64,000 nucleotides of DNA from the human T2T-CHM13v2.0 reference genome, Homo sapiens: the NCBI RefSeq assembly GCF_009914755.1, contig NC_060925.1; one strand, 5' to 3'. Under the pieces are notes generated by a model, which made no database searches, was not told the DNA's origin, and saw only the letters and a program-made list of their open reading frames with translations. Both the position numbers and the translations under genes were made by a program. This document shows positions 1 through 13,789 of the stretch, one piece after another. Every line of letters begins with the position of its first letter. Positions within the stretch are counted from its first letter, which is position 1.

Positions 1-443
1 TTAAAATACCAACGATATTCTTCAAGAAATAGAACTAATGATCCTAAAATTAACATGAAAACACAAAAGACCCCAAATAGCCAAGGCAATACCGAGCAAA
101 AAGAACAAAGCTGGAGGTATCACACTACCTAACTTCAAAATATCCCACAAAGTTATACTAACAAAAAAAACATGGAATTGGTATAAAAACAGACATATAG
201 ACCAATGGAACAGAACAGAAAACGCACAATTAAATACACATTATTTATAGGCAACTGATTGTCAACAAAGGCACCAAGAACACACAGTGGGGAAAGGACA
301 CCTCTTCAATTATTTGTCATCAGAAAAGTGGATATCCACGTGCAGAAGAATGAAACTAAACCCTTATCTGTCACCACACAGAAAAATCAACCAAAATTAA
401 TTAACTACTGTGAGCCTGGAAACTATAATACTAAAAGAAAACA

Positions 444-1059
444 GTTGGTGGGACTGTAAACTAGTTCAACCATTGTGGAAAATAGTGTGGCGATTCCTCA
501 GGGATCTAGAACTAGAAATACCATTTGACCCAGCCATCCCATTACTGGGTATATACCCAAAGGATTATAAGTCATGCTGCTATAAAGACACATGCACACG
601 TATGTTTATTGTGGCACTATTCACAACAGCAAAGACTTGGAACCAACCCAAATGTCCAACAATGATAGACTGGATTAAGAAAATGTGGCACATATACACC
701 ATGGAATACTATGCAGCCATAAAAAAGGATGAGTTCATGTCCTTTGTAGGGACATGGATGAAGCTGGAAACCATCATTCTCAGCAAACTATCGCAAGGAC
801 AAAAAACCAAACACCACATGTTCTCACTCATAGGTGGGAATTGAACAATGAGAACACATGGACACAGGAAGGGGAACATCACACACCGGGGCCTGTTGTG
901 GTGTGGGGGGAGGGGGGAGGGATAGCATTAGGAGATATACCTAATGTAAATGACAAGTTAATGGGTGCAGCACACCAACATGGCACATGTATACATATGT
1001 AACAAACCTGCACGTTGTGCACATGTGCCCTAGAACTTAAACTATAATTTAAAAAAAAA
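444..1059 (+). mobile_element. 5'-truncated L1PA (about L1PA4-5) 3' end with poly(A)
   Basis: Intact ORF2 C-terminus (WWDCKLVQPLWK...MFSLIGGN), G-rich 3' UTR and A tail. TSD AAAAGAAAACA at 433-443 and 1060-1070. Confidence 0.93.
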
Positions 1060-1548
1060 AAAAGAAAACATAGGGGAAACACTTCAGAACATTGGTCTAG
1101 GCAAAGATTTTATGGCTAAGACCACAAAAGCACAAGCAACAAAAACAAAAATAGATAAATGAGACTGTATTAAACCAAAATGCTTCTGCAGAGCAAAGGA
1201 AACACTCAACAGAGTGAAGAGACAACCTATAAAATGGCAGAAAATATTTGCAAATTATGCATTCAAAAAGGAACTAATATCCAGAATATACAAGGAACTC
1301 AAACAACTCAACAGCAAAAATATCACAAATATTCCAATTCAAAAGAGGGCAAAGGATCTAAATAGATATTTATCTAACACATATAGAAAAGGCCAATAAA
1401 AATGCTTATCAGCAACCATCAGGAAAATGCAAATCAAAACCAAAATGAGGTGTCATCTCACCCCAATGAGAATGACTATTATCAAAAAGACCAAAAAAAA
1501 TAAAAATAACAAATGCTGGCAAGGATGTGGGGAAAACATACTCTCATA

Positions 1549-1720
1549 CTAGGCTGGTGCAAAAGTAATTGTGGTTTTTGCCATTAAAATTAATAGCTAC
1601 CCACTCCCAAAAAAAGATACCTAGGAATAAATTTAACCAAGGAGGTGAAAGGCCTCTACAATGAGGCCACTGCCAATACTTTTAATGGCAAAAACTGCAA
1701 TAACTTTTGCACCCACCTAA
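1549..1720. mobile_element. MADE1 (Hsmar1-derived MITE) with an internal L1 fragment
   Basis: Inverted termini taggctggtgcaaaagtaattgtggtttttgccatta ... taatggcaaaaactgcaataacttttgcacccacctaa, flanked by TA. Confidence 0.85.
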
Positions 1721-2444
1721 TAGTATAGCCATTATGGAAAACAGCATGAGGGGTTCTCAAAAAACTAAAAATAGAACTACCATACAATCTAGCAATTACA
1801 GTACTGGGTATTTATCCAAAGGATAGAAAATCAGTATATCCAAGGGATACCTGCAGCCCCATGTTTATTACAGCAGCACTATTCAGAAAAACTAAGATGA
1901 AATCAACATCTATGTCCATCAATGGAAAAATGGATAAAGAAAATGTGGCATACATACACAATGGAATATTATTCAGTCATGAAAATGATATTCTGTCATT
2001 CATGGCAACATGGATGGGCCTAGAGGACACTATGTTAAGCAAAGTCAGTCAGGTGCAGAAAGATAAAATACTCCGTGTTCTCACTCATATGTGGGAATTA
2101 AAAAAAATGGATTTCATGGAAGTAGAGAGCAGAACTGTGGGTACTAGAGGCTAAGAAGGTGGGGAGAGGTTGGTTAATGAACACAAACTTAGGAGGAACG
2201 AATCTGCTCATCTGCAGCACTGTAGGGGGATATGGTTCACTTTATTTTATTGTATATTCTCAAAACGCTAAAAGAGGATTTTGAATATTCATGACATAAA
2301 GAAATGATAAATATATGAGGTGACAGATATGCTAATTACCCTGATTTGATACTACACATAGTATACACATAATTAAGTATCACTCTGTATCCCAAAATAT
2401 GTGCAATTATTATGTGTCAACTAAAAACAAAAGGAAAAAACTAT

Positions 2445-2670
2445 AAGGATAAAAAACAGATCAGCGGTTATCAGGGGTTGGGGTAGGGGTGGTAGGGTTG
2501 ACTATAAAGGGACATGAGGGCACTTTTTTGGGAAATGAAACCATTCTGTATCTTGATTTTGATGGCAGTTTCATGACTGGGTTTGTTGAAATCATAGAAC
2601 TGTCTCACTAAGTAGGGTAAATTTTTTGCATGTAAATTGTACCTCAACAAACCTGATTTTATTTTAAAAA
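2445..2670 (+). mobile_element. Ancient L1 (L1MD/ME-like) 3' end fragment
   Basis: cagatcagcggttatcagggg...ttctgtatcttgat...tgtaaattgtacctcaacaaa resembles old L1M 3' UTRs. Confidence 0.6.
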
Positions 2671-3067
2671 ACATTTTTAAAGAAATAAACTAGGTAAAAC
2701 TTGGTATGTTGCTTACCGAGCAATAACTTGTCAATCATAACGTAATTCAACCCACTTACTACATATGTTCTACTAGCACTCTGGCCTTCACCCATCCTTT
2801 TAATTAAATATTTAATGCCTACATTCCCACTTGACTCTAAACTCCACAGATCCTTACCTTTGGTTAAATCGGTTAAATCTCAGCTTGGTGGGTGACAAAA
2901 GTTCCAGGAAACAAAATATATGCAGTTCAATGAGTTATCTTATTTATCTGTTTCCTACCATGTACTGAGGGTCATTACTTTTGGGTTTATGAAATCTAGG
3001 CAGAGTTCTCTGAAGATCATTGAGATTTTGCCGTGGAGGTGTTTCAATCTGGTTCCATACTACATAC

Positions 3068-3178
3068 CTTGTCCTGGGTTTGGCAACGGAAACAGTCACA
3101 TTCAAAGCAGTACTGGTCCCTCAGCTGCTTCCGGCGCTCCTCACTGGTCATCAGCATATCCAGGTAGCAGATGGTGAG
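3068..3178 (-). CDS. SMYD3: SMYD3 coding exon (exon 8, 111 nt): LTICYLDMLMTSEERRKQLRDQYCFECDCFRCQTQDK
   Basis: Acceptor ctggcctgcacag| (ct at 3179-3180) and donor AAG|gtatgt (ac at 3066-3067). Phase 0/0. Contains the SET catalytic Tyr (ICYLD) and the post-SET CECxxC. Overlaps ORF 3044..3226. Confidence 0.97.
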
Positions 3179-3959
3179 CTGTGCAGGCCAGAGAGAGGGA
3201 AGCGCTGAAACATCTGCTGTGCTCATTTCTTTAACAAATGGTTATTATTATTGCTAATTATTGGAGTAAAACTTGTTTTTATTATAAACCAAAAATATAA
3301 GAGAGAAGGTACTGCTTATAGTTTCTCTACCCAAATGATCACACGTAAATTTTTAATCTATTTCCTTTCAGTCTTTGCTATGTGGTAAATATATATGTAT
3401 CATATATTTAAAGAACGGGTCTTATGATCTCTACCCACTTTTGTATCTTAGTTTTTTTCACTACAGGAAAATATCAAAAACTGTTGTATGTTTACTAAGG
3501 TTTGCTAATAAATTCTATAACCATTAGCAATCAGAGAAGCCAAATTAATCCTGGCAACCGAAAGGGTGGCAGATGATACAGCCAGATTGCTCTTAAATTC
3601 TAACCAATTCTATAGCTGCCTCATGGAATTTAAGGTCATCCAAATTTGGTATCTTTGAAATGAGAAAACAGTTCTCTTATTTGTATCTAGGTTTAGAAAA
3701 AAAAGGGGGGGTAGAATAATTTCCAAATAGGGGAGAGTTTAACTTGAGAGTACCACCACTGATGGAAGCATTCAAACTGACTGCCTTACACCCTTTCAGA
3801 GTAATATCCCCTGCCTCGGATGGTGAAGGGTTATAAATGAGAGGATATATTTAAAGGACTCCTCGGACACTCTCTAACACTGAGTCCCATTAAGTCACCG
3901 GTCTTTAGGCAACATCATAATGCTTGAGCATTTTGCACTTGATTAGATCTCTTATGAAA

Positions 3960-4405
3960 GTCTAATTCAAAATCCAGAAAACAGAATGCTTGATCTTCCC
4001 CTCAACCTGTTCCATCTCGGCTAGAGCATTCTCACTCTCAGTTGACAGTAACTCATCTTTTGACTTATCCAAGTTGAAGCCTCAGAGTCATCCTTGACTT
4101 CACTCTTTCCTTTACACTTGCCATCCAATCCACCAGGAAATTCTGCGGGCTCCACCTTAAAAACTACCCAGAATCAACCACTTTTTACCTTTTCCAGTGC
4201 CACCATCCTGGTCTGAGCCATCATTACCTCTCACCTGTAAAATGTAATAGTCTCACAACTGGTCTCTCTGATTCTTTCTCCAGGCCCCCTGCACTCCACC
4301 CTCTAGCCAGAGTGATTCACTTAAAATATGTCAGATGACATGTTCTGTTTGAAACATCACAACAGCTCCCCACTTTGCCTGAGTGAAGGCCAGGTCCTTC
4401 TAACT
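3960..4405 (+). mobile_element. L2 fragment (continues at about 4985-5290)
   Basis: gagtcatccttgact...ccatccaatcc...gccaccatcctggtctgagccatcattacctctcacctg...agccagagtgat matches the L2 ORF2 3' consensus. Confidence 0.8.
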
Positions 4406-4409
4406 CCCC

Positions 4410-4975
4410 AAGTGCAATTCAAAGTATGGTCCCCGCATTGGTGCCAGTGCGCACTGTGGGTTACCAGTCCATGACGACATGAGTCAAGAAACAAAGTCAA
4501 TATTTAGAAATGTTTTTTACTAATTTGGTAAGGGTAATTTTATGTGACTCTAATAATAAAACATTGGGCTTTAAAAAAAAAAAAAAAAGACAGGGTCTCA
4601 CTGTGCCACCAAGGCTGGTGTGCAGTGGCATGATCACAACTCACTGCAGCCTCAACCTCCCAGGTTTGGGTGATCCTCCCACCCCTCAGCTTCCCAGGTA
4701 GCTGGGGCTACAGGCATGTACCACCACACTGGCTAATTTTCTGTATTTCTTGTAGAGATGGAGTTTCGCCATGCTACCCAGGCTGGTCTTGAACTCCTGG
4801 GCTCAAGCAATCCTTCCTCCTTGACCTCCCATGGAATTACAGGCGTAAGCCACTGCACCCAGCCCTTCATTTTTCTAATAATTTATTTTCACTAGATTTT
4901 ATAAAAATACTGGTCTGCAATAGATTATGAAGGAAAAGAAAAACTGGTCCTTCGTCATAGGTAGAGAAGCAATGG
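4410..4975. mobile_element. hAT-Charlie-like DNA transposon relic interrupted by an Alu
   Basis: Start caagtgcaattcaaagtatggtcc resembles Charlie/MER5-type termini. The element splits the L2. Confidence 0.45.
4589..4864 (-). mobile_element. AluJ
   Basis: gacagggtctcactg...tcactgcagcctcaacctcc...ctcctgggctcaagcaatcc. Confidence 0.9.
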
Positions 4976-6609
4976 CTTCACATAATCCCACCTGTTCCCT
5001 CTCATTTCCCAGTTTCCCTCGTTGCTGCTGCTCCACCAGGCTGGCCTCCCATCTGGCTCCACACACACTCCTACCTCAAGGCCTGTGCACTGGCTGTTCC
5101 CTCTGCCCTTCTGCCCCGTTTACTATGACAACCTCCCTCATCGCCTTTGAGTTTCAGTCAAATCCCACTTTCTCGTTCAGGTCTAACCTCAATGCCCTAT
5201 TAAGAGTAACAACCCAATTCCCTTACCTGCTCTAGTTTTTCTTTTCCTGTATCATATATCAGCTTGTACCATACTGTAGAAATTACTTCTTTGCTTTTAA
5301 AAGTAGAAAGTAATCATGGCGGTATGTGTGGTGGGGGGAGAAGTGAAGACTTTGGCAGAGCAAGAAGGCAGGATTATCCACTGAAGGGATGCAAAAAACT
5401 CCCTAGAGCAGAAAACTCCATGTGGTTTTTGTTATACTTAAAAGAAAGCATCTCATGTCTACAAAGCATGATCTTACTTGTTTGAAATCATAGTAGGGCA
5501 AAGGCAGCCACCCTCTCTGGCAGAAAACAAAGCTTTGGGAAGGACTCTCTCAAGCTGTAGGGGTGATGGTGGATGGCTGGGCTGGCCAGCCAGATCTGTC
5601 AAATCCACCATGGCCGTCACCATCACCAACGGGACAGGAGTCACAGCCTGATCTGGCTGGCTGGCTCTCCATAGATTCTTCACATTAGGCAACCATAACA
5701 TGCTGCTCCACACACAGAAACAAGAATATCTGCCCTTAAGAGATACAGACAATGACGTTACTGAGTATCTACTGTTTGTGGCGAGGCAGCATAGCACAGT
5801 AAAAACTGGCAAAGGTCTTGGGTTCAGGTAACACTGAAGACTGCACCCAGATCTCTTGATAAGTCTGATGCTCTTTTTACTTTTACATGGCTGCTTCTCA
5901 TACTTGGCAGGGAGAGAGGGCTGTAGAAGAAGCTGGCGTCCCTTAAGGAGTGTCCGTAGCACCGTCAAACCTAAAATACTCACACCTGTGTTAGAGAATG
6001 TTCTGTGGCAACTGAGATCCTTCAGCTGAGACAACAGCCACTTTTTGATTTCCTCCATGTTTCTCTTGCTTCATGATCTGAAGCCAGGGTTGCCTCTGAG
6101 GCACAAAGGGTCACCTATACCAGGCAAGTTCCTCTTGTTTCTAATGAATGCTATGTTCCAAATTCCAAATAACCTATTTTCAAGCTCACTTTTTGAAACA
6201 GCCTATGAGTAAGTCTGGGACAGTAGATAGATTCATCTTATACTATCAGGCTCTGTGGGTCCCAGTTTCCTTACAGGAGGTGAGGTAGCAAATGAGCGCA
6301 TCCCTATGTCCCCTCTTGGGTTAACTCTAGGACACTAATTCTGAATCCAGCCCAATGGCTCTTAGTCATCAACTCCCATTATCAGAGCAGGTAAATGGAC
6401 AGTAGTTATTGGGAGATTACAGTGTGCCCAGTGTGAAGCCACTAACTCCAGGGCCTGTCATGCCAGAAAAAAATGTGCTTGACTAACCGAAGACTTTATT
6501 ACAAGGGCCAAAACTCATGAGTGATCTTGTCAGGCAGTGAATGGCCAACAGGAGACTAGTTATTTCATTTAACCCCAATAAATGGGCTCCTAAAGCCTCC
6601 CTCGGCATA

Positions 6610-7140
6610 CTGTAACTGCCTGGAACCATTACCTGGACTACGCAATGGCTTTCTAACTGGCTTCCCCGCTGCCTGCAGTGTACCTTTCATCTTCTAAACT
6701 GCTTTGAGAGAGATCTTCCTAAAACTCACATGTGATCACGTCATTTCTCTACATAAAAACTTGCGATGGTTTCTCACTGCCCTTGAATAAAGGCACACAA
6801 GGATTTCCCTCAGCTGTTTTTCTGTCTGCCTTTCTAGCCTCCATGTCTCTCCCTGAACCCCAGCCTGTCACAGTTATGTACATTGCTAGACCTCTGAAAC
6901 AATGAACACCATGCCAACATGTGTCTGGGCATCACTGGCTAAGCGAGCCTCTCCTCCACACTCAGCCTCCTGAGAGCCTCTCATCCTCCAAGCTTGGCTC
7001 AAATACACCTCTTCCTATGGCGACTGCCCCATTACCTCAGAGAAAGCCACCCATTTTTGTGCTTCTTTTATGCCAATGAAGTCTGCAGAATATCTGGTTA
7101 TCAATTGTGAAGTGCTTAATGGCAAAAATATTTTATTCAT
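6610..7140 (+). mobile_element. L2 fragment
   Basis: cctggactacgcaatggctttctaactggcttccc...gatcacgtcatttctct. Confidence 0.6.
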
Positions 7141-7570
7141 ATTTTTGGGAAAAAACAGCCAGATTACTAACTGGTAATGACAGCTAAAATCATGTTATTA
7201 GCCAAAGATAAAAACCTTTATTAAAGACTCATTGACTCACTAGTTGTAATGGAATATCTGCTCAGTAAATGTAAGGCTCATTTAGTGGGAATGTATATGT
7301 GAAACTTGGCCATTGATCAGTAGACACCTTAATGGCACAGAACAAAATTGCATTAAAATATTAATGCCATTGACCACTGCTCTGCCATTTTAGTGCAGCT
7401 CTTATAGAAAATGCAGTAAATCATTTCTGACATTAGAGTAATATAATGAAGGAGATTTTCTAGATCTTGAATACATAGCTTACATTAAAATCTCAAGACA
7501 AAATGAACTCCTTTTCCATGAAACCATCTTTTCATTGTCTACAACTGAGTGGATAAGATGAGCAAGTTAA

Positions 7571-8072
<502 letters not shown>

Positions 8073-8217
8073 TTAATATTATAGTCTTCAGGTACCCTAT
8101 CACAAGCCACCACCTGAGCTACCCGACTTCAGGCTACCACTGTTATCTCTTCCCTGGATTATTACATCACCCCGACGCTCATTCTCCCAACCTTGCCTAC
8201 ACATAGAAAAGTGGTCA

Positions 8218-9535
8218 TACAAAAATAAGCAATGAGCAAAGGACATCCTGTTCAATAAACGGTGCTAGGACGGCTGGCTAGCCATATGCAGAAGACACCT
8301 ACCTTGTACCATATATAAAAATTAATACAAAGATTAAAAATTTAAATGTAAGACCACAGACTTTATGCACCCTAGAAGAAAACCTAAGAAACACCATTCT
8401 GGACGTCAGCTTTCGGAAAGAACATATGACTAAGTCTTCAACAGCAATTGCAACAAAAACAAAAATTGACAAGTGGGACCTAAACTAAAGAGTTTCTGCA
8501 CAGCAAGAGAAACTATCAACAAAGTAAACAAACGACCTACAGAATAGGAGAAAATATTCACAAACTATGCATCTGACAAAGGTCTAATACCCAGAATCTA
8601 TAAGGAGCTTAAGCAATTCAATAAGCAAATAACCCAAGTAAAAAGTGGGCCAAAGACATGAGCAGACACATTTGAAAAGAAGACATACCAGCAGCCAACA
8701 AACATGGTTTTAAATGCTCCACATCACTAATCAGAGAAATGCAAATCAAAACCACAACGAGAAACCATCTTACACCAGTCAGAATGGCTATTACTAAAAA
8801 GTCCAAAAATAACAAATGTTGGTGAAGCTGTGGAGAAAAGGGAACACTTATACACTATTGGTGGGAATGTAAATTGGTTAACCCACTGTTGAAAGCAGTT
8901 TGGAGAGGAGCTCAGAACTACCATTTGAGCCAACAATCCCATTACTGGGTATATACCCAAAGAAAATAAGTCATTCTACCAAAAACACACATGCACTCAC
9001 GTGTTCATCACAGTACTATTCACAATAGCAAAGAAATAGAATCAACCTAAGTGCCCATCAACAGTGAGCTAAAAAATGTGGTGTATATATATATATATAC
9101 ACATACCATGGAATAGTATGCAGCCATAAAAAAGAATGACATCATGTCCTTTGTGGCAACATGAATGCAGCTAGTGGCCATTCTCCTAAGCAAATCAATG
9201 CAGAAACAGAAAACCAAACCCAGCAATTACAGATTTCTCATAAATTGTGGAAACAAATATTTAGAGAATCTATCGAACCAAACACCCAATGTTCTCACTT
9301 ATAAGTGGGAACTAAACACTGGGTACTCATGGACATAAAGATGGCAATGACAGACACTGGCACTACTAGAGAGGGAGGTAGGGCAAGGGGTGAAAAACTG
9401 TTGGGTACCATGTTCACTACCAGGGTGATGGGATTCATCACACCCCAAAGCTCACTATCATGCAATATACCCATGCAACACAGCTGCACATGTGCCCCCT
9501 GAATCTAAAATAAAAGTTGAAATTATTTTTTTAAA
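8218..9535 (+). mobile_element. L1PB-like 3' portion
   Basis: Degenerate ORF2 3' region, and a 3' UTR ending ccccctgaatctaaaataaaagttgaaatt. Confidence 0.88.
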
Positions 9536-12142
9536 AATCACAATTAGGTTACTAAATATTCTTTTAGCTTAATTCAAAAGGTAAATGAAATTACATTTCT
9601 TTTACACTTATCCATTCTTAAGAATGGGGCAGGGACTTTTATAATGAATTTAACTGTGAAATCACAATTTAGTTATTTATTGAATATAATTTAATAAAAC
9701 CCCGTTAAAAGTAATTTTATCATCTTAAGCCAAAAACAAAAATCAAACTTGTATGTATTTGTATTCAACAGCCTAAACCTGAAAGCACCGGCTCATTTCA
9801 GACTTAAAGGTACCTTCATTTAAAGTGAAACTGGTCATAACACTTTCAGCTTCAATTTCAGAGGAGCATGTATTAGAACAAAGACTGCCTATAGAAAATG
9901 TTAATTTAAGAATGGAAAATAATCTGTGTAGATGTCATCATGGACCAACACTTCTATACACAAACCAAATGTTATTCAACAGTTGTAGCAATCTTTCTTG
10001 CCGAGTCCAAACATCAGCCAGACCACCTCCACCAAAGACCAATTATTCTGCTTTGATACGTAAGATGAGATTTACTATAGTTTTGATAGATTCTCTAAAT
10101 ATGTTTCCACAATTTATGAGAAATCTCTAATGTCATATTTTTTTTTTTGGACACTCACCATTTGAGCTCTACTTTTCCCTTCAGGAAACTCTAATCACAA
10201 ATGGAAGAAGAAAATCACTATGTAGTAAGCATCATGTGCTGGGCACTGTCCTAGGTAAATAATTTGTTACTTCAATCCTGAGAATGAAGCTTTATTACTA
10301 ACCCCCTCCACACTGCGTAGTAGTAAGTGTAGCACTGAACAAATCATTTCCCAGTTTAAACCTTACATTTTCTTCCATAAAATAAAAAAAATGAATATGT
10401 AACATTATCTGAGTTTTCTAAGATTCCAAAGATGGTACAGACTACTTAGGTCTTACTCAATTTTGTAGTCCTTGGGTTTTGTTTTTTGTTTTTACCTATT
10501 AGGCTTCATCTATTGCTTCCTAAATTGAATCACCCTATAAATATTCCCTATCATCATAGCCATGGTCGTATATACAAAAAGTGAATGAAAGGCAAAGGAA
10601 ACATCACGTTTCAATCATATGGTTCAACGAGTTGAGAAAAACTCACACTACAGCAACAGTGACTGAGGTAAAATTGAATGTACACTGAGTAAAATGTTTC
10701 GTTTGTGATATCCCAAATCTAACTCAGGGGTTAGAATTGGGTGGGGTTTTAAAAATTGTTTTCTTCAAGTGTTTTATGTATAGTACATACAATAAAAAAC
10801 AGTAACATTTGTAAACATGCAGGAAAAAAAAAAAAAGAAAATCTGGCCACGCAGTTCCTTTGCTGAAACCCTTCAATCATGTCCCGCTGCTCGTCCTTCT
10901 CCCTTACACAAATATTTACTGGGCGCCTCCTATAGACCAGCCAATGTTATGAAACCTTCAGCTAAACCAAGGTCTGTGATAAGGCTCCCATGGGGTTTGT
11001 CAGTCTGATCCCTACATCTTCCCTCAAATTCGGGTCACATCTAAATTCTTTCGTCGTCTATTGATGAGAACTGCTTCCTACTCCTTGAACTCACCATTCT
11101 GTCCCTGGCCTCTGTGTCTATGTCTACAATGCCTTTTCCAGCCTCATCCAACTCTAACTCCATGGATCCTTTCAGAGTCTAGGAGTCAGTCCTCTGGAAG
11201 CATTCCTTAACCACTCTCCACTCCCTCCCCTTACTAATCACTCGAGTGCTCCTGCTCTGAGCTGCTGTAAGCCTGTGCCCATTTACACCACTGTGCATCT
11301 TAATTCTATTATTGTTTTCTGTTCTCTGTCAGTTTCCTCAACTATACCTTGAACTCTTGAAGTCAGGGCTGGGTCTTAATAATCTTTGTATTAGAGAAGG
11401 TTTCTAAAACTGCTACCAACTCCTGACATCCAGTAAACATGCAGTGAATTCGTTTAATGGTTTAGCAAATAAGATGACTAACAGAAGAAACAGACTGTCT
11501 TAATCCCAAAAGACATCAGATTAAGACTGACATTAGGGATACTAATGCATTCAACTTGTGTCAATCACATTTCTCCCAGTTGATATGGCGCCAGAGAATG
11601 CTGGCAGCCAATGGCATTATTTGTAACAGCTACAAGTTATTTTAACCAGGAACTACCATAAGACTGCTTTGGCCTACCCAGCTTTCCTCCCTGATCCATG
11701 TTTTATAAAACTATCAGAACAAATGAATCTCATATTTAAGATAATTTTGAAAAGGTAGCCATCAGCAATCCAGTCAAGTGAGCCATGACTTAAATGATAC
11801 TACACATCTCTCTCTGTAGGAGGCGGCTGAATGAGGAGACAAAAATCCAAAGTCAAATAAAAAAAAAAGACCCAATAACTCAGCATTACAATGGAGAGCC
11901 TTAAATAGCAAAGTATTATAAATGTTGCTGGTTTGCAAGGAAACTGTCCAAAGAGGGTCCAAAGGATGGATTTATATAGAGAGAAACATGGGGTAAGAAA
12001 TTTCCATGGCAACTTCTGTTATCACAGACCTTGTGCAATTTTCCAGCTCTCCTTGTGTGAGGTTTGAAATGCTCCCATCTTAAACTGGCAGTAGACTGGC
12101 TTTCATATTCCCTTCCTTTCAGGAGCCATGGGACACCACTGA

Positions 12143-12525
<383 letters not shown>

Positions 12526-12724
12526 TAATTTACTCAACAAATGTTGATTGAGGAACTTCTGCCTCAGTTGCTGTTGAGTCTTCCATTGTGAATCCCATAT
12601 TCTGACACTCAGATCCCAAATAGCTCATATTAAAACTGTGGGTGCCCTAATGAGCACTAAAGCCAAATGCAAAGTTCATGATAGGAAATTACCAAAATGT
12701 CTAAAATTTTTTCCCAAGGAATTT

Positions 12725-12875
12725 TAACTTTCAAAAAATTAATACATAATATTTATACATATTTATGGGGTCCAGGTACTATTTTGCTACCTGCATACGA
12801 TGTGTAATGATCAAGTGATGGTATTTAGGTTATCCACGACCTCATGTATTTACCATTTTTGTATGTTGGGAACAC
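12725..12875 (-). mobile_element. L1MA 3'-terminal fragment
   Basis: tatacatatttatgggg...tgtgtaatgatcaagt...tatgttgggaaca. Confidence 0.7.
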
Positions 12876-12944
12876 AAAATGTCTAGATTTATTCCTTAAT
12901 TTAAAGCTAATATTTGTACAATAAATAGGAATTACCCTGCTTAA

Positions 12945-13169
12945 TCAATGCCTCAAACTGTCTTTTCTCATGGCTCTCCCTCTCCCCTACCTCTGCTCCA
13001 AGGGGTCAGTTTGAAAGGCATAGGATATATTTTAGTTGTTGGGGGATGGCTACAGGCATTAGTTAAGCACACGCCAAGGACACAAGTCTTCTCCAATGAT
13101 GCAACAATCCCACACGATGAAGAACTGTCCCATTCAAAATGGCAATAGTGTCCCCACAAGAAATACTGC
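12945..13169. mobile_element. MER20-like hAT relic
   Basis: gctacaggcattagt...cccacacgatgaagaactgtcc...caaaatggcaatagtg...agaaatactg. Confidence 0.6.
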
Positions 13170-13438
13170 CGGTCATTAGAGTAAGCTCAATATAATAGAG
13201 AGTCGATTCAACAAAAAGTTATCAAATGCCTCCTGGATGCAAAGCTAAGTGCTAAGAGATACAGAAATAAGACACGATTGTCTGTCCTCATAAAGCTCTA
13301 AATAGAGAGGTCTCCAAAACAGCCATAATATGTGCCAAAAATGTATTAATAACCACTATAAGCGAGAACTCAAAGGAAAAGAACTTCTTCTAATATGGGA
13401 AATCAGGGAAAGAGTTACACAAGAGATGTGATTGAAAG

Positions 13439-13789
13439 GGTATCTTAGTCCATTTTCTGCTGTTTTAACAGAATACCACAGACTGGGTAATTTATAAATA
13501 AATTTCTCACAGTTCTGGAGTCTGGGAAGCATGATGCCAAAAGCATGGCACCGGCATCTGGGGAGGGCCTTCTTGCTGCCTGATAACATGGCAGAGGGCG
13601 TCACATGAGGTGGCAGCAGGAGTGTCCTCTTCTTATAAAGCCACCAATCTCATCATGGGGTTCCCACCCTGATAACCTTATCTAATCTGGATTACTTCCC
13701 AAAGACTCCACCTCCACAAAGCATCAGCAAGAATTTGGGGATAAAGTTTTCAACAGATGGAATCTGGGGGACATGTTTAAATCATAACA
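13439..13789 (-). mobile_element. ERVL-MaLR LTR (MST family)
   Basis: tatcttagtccattttctgctg...cagaataccacagactgggtaatttata...ggggacatgtttaaatcataaca. Confidence 0.85.

Larger units (their letters stand above)
1..2440 (+). mobile_element. Old L1 (L1MA-like) ORF2 3' part and 3' UTR, interrupted by an L1PA and a MADE1
   Basis: Degenerate ORF2 motifs (aaaagaacaaagctggaggtatcacactacc; [14 protein letters not shown]; MATWMGLEDTMLS) and an L1MA-type 3' end. Confidence 0.85.

Noticed and set aside
5474-6058. 194-aa minus-strand ORF
   Set aside because: No recognisable domain or SMYD3 similarity. An ORF of this length is plausible by chance.
9221-9285. About 60-bp non-L1 insert within the L1PB, bracketed by aaccaaac
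   Set aside because: I could not identify a source. The flanking repeat is short and low-complexity.
13602-13618. CTCF-like motif cacatgaggtggcagca in the MST LTR
   Set aside because: Three mismatches in the 5' half of the core. It cannot be supported without a PWM score or ChIP data.
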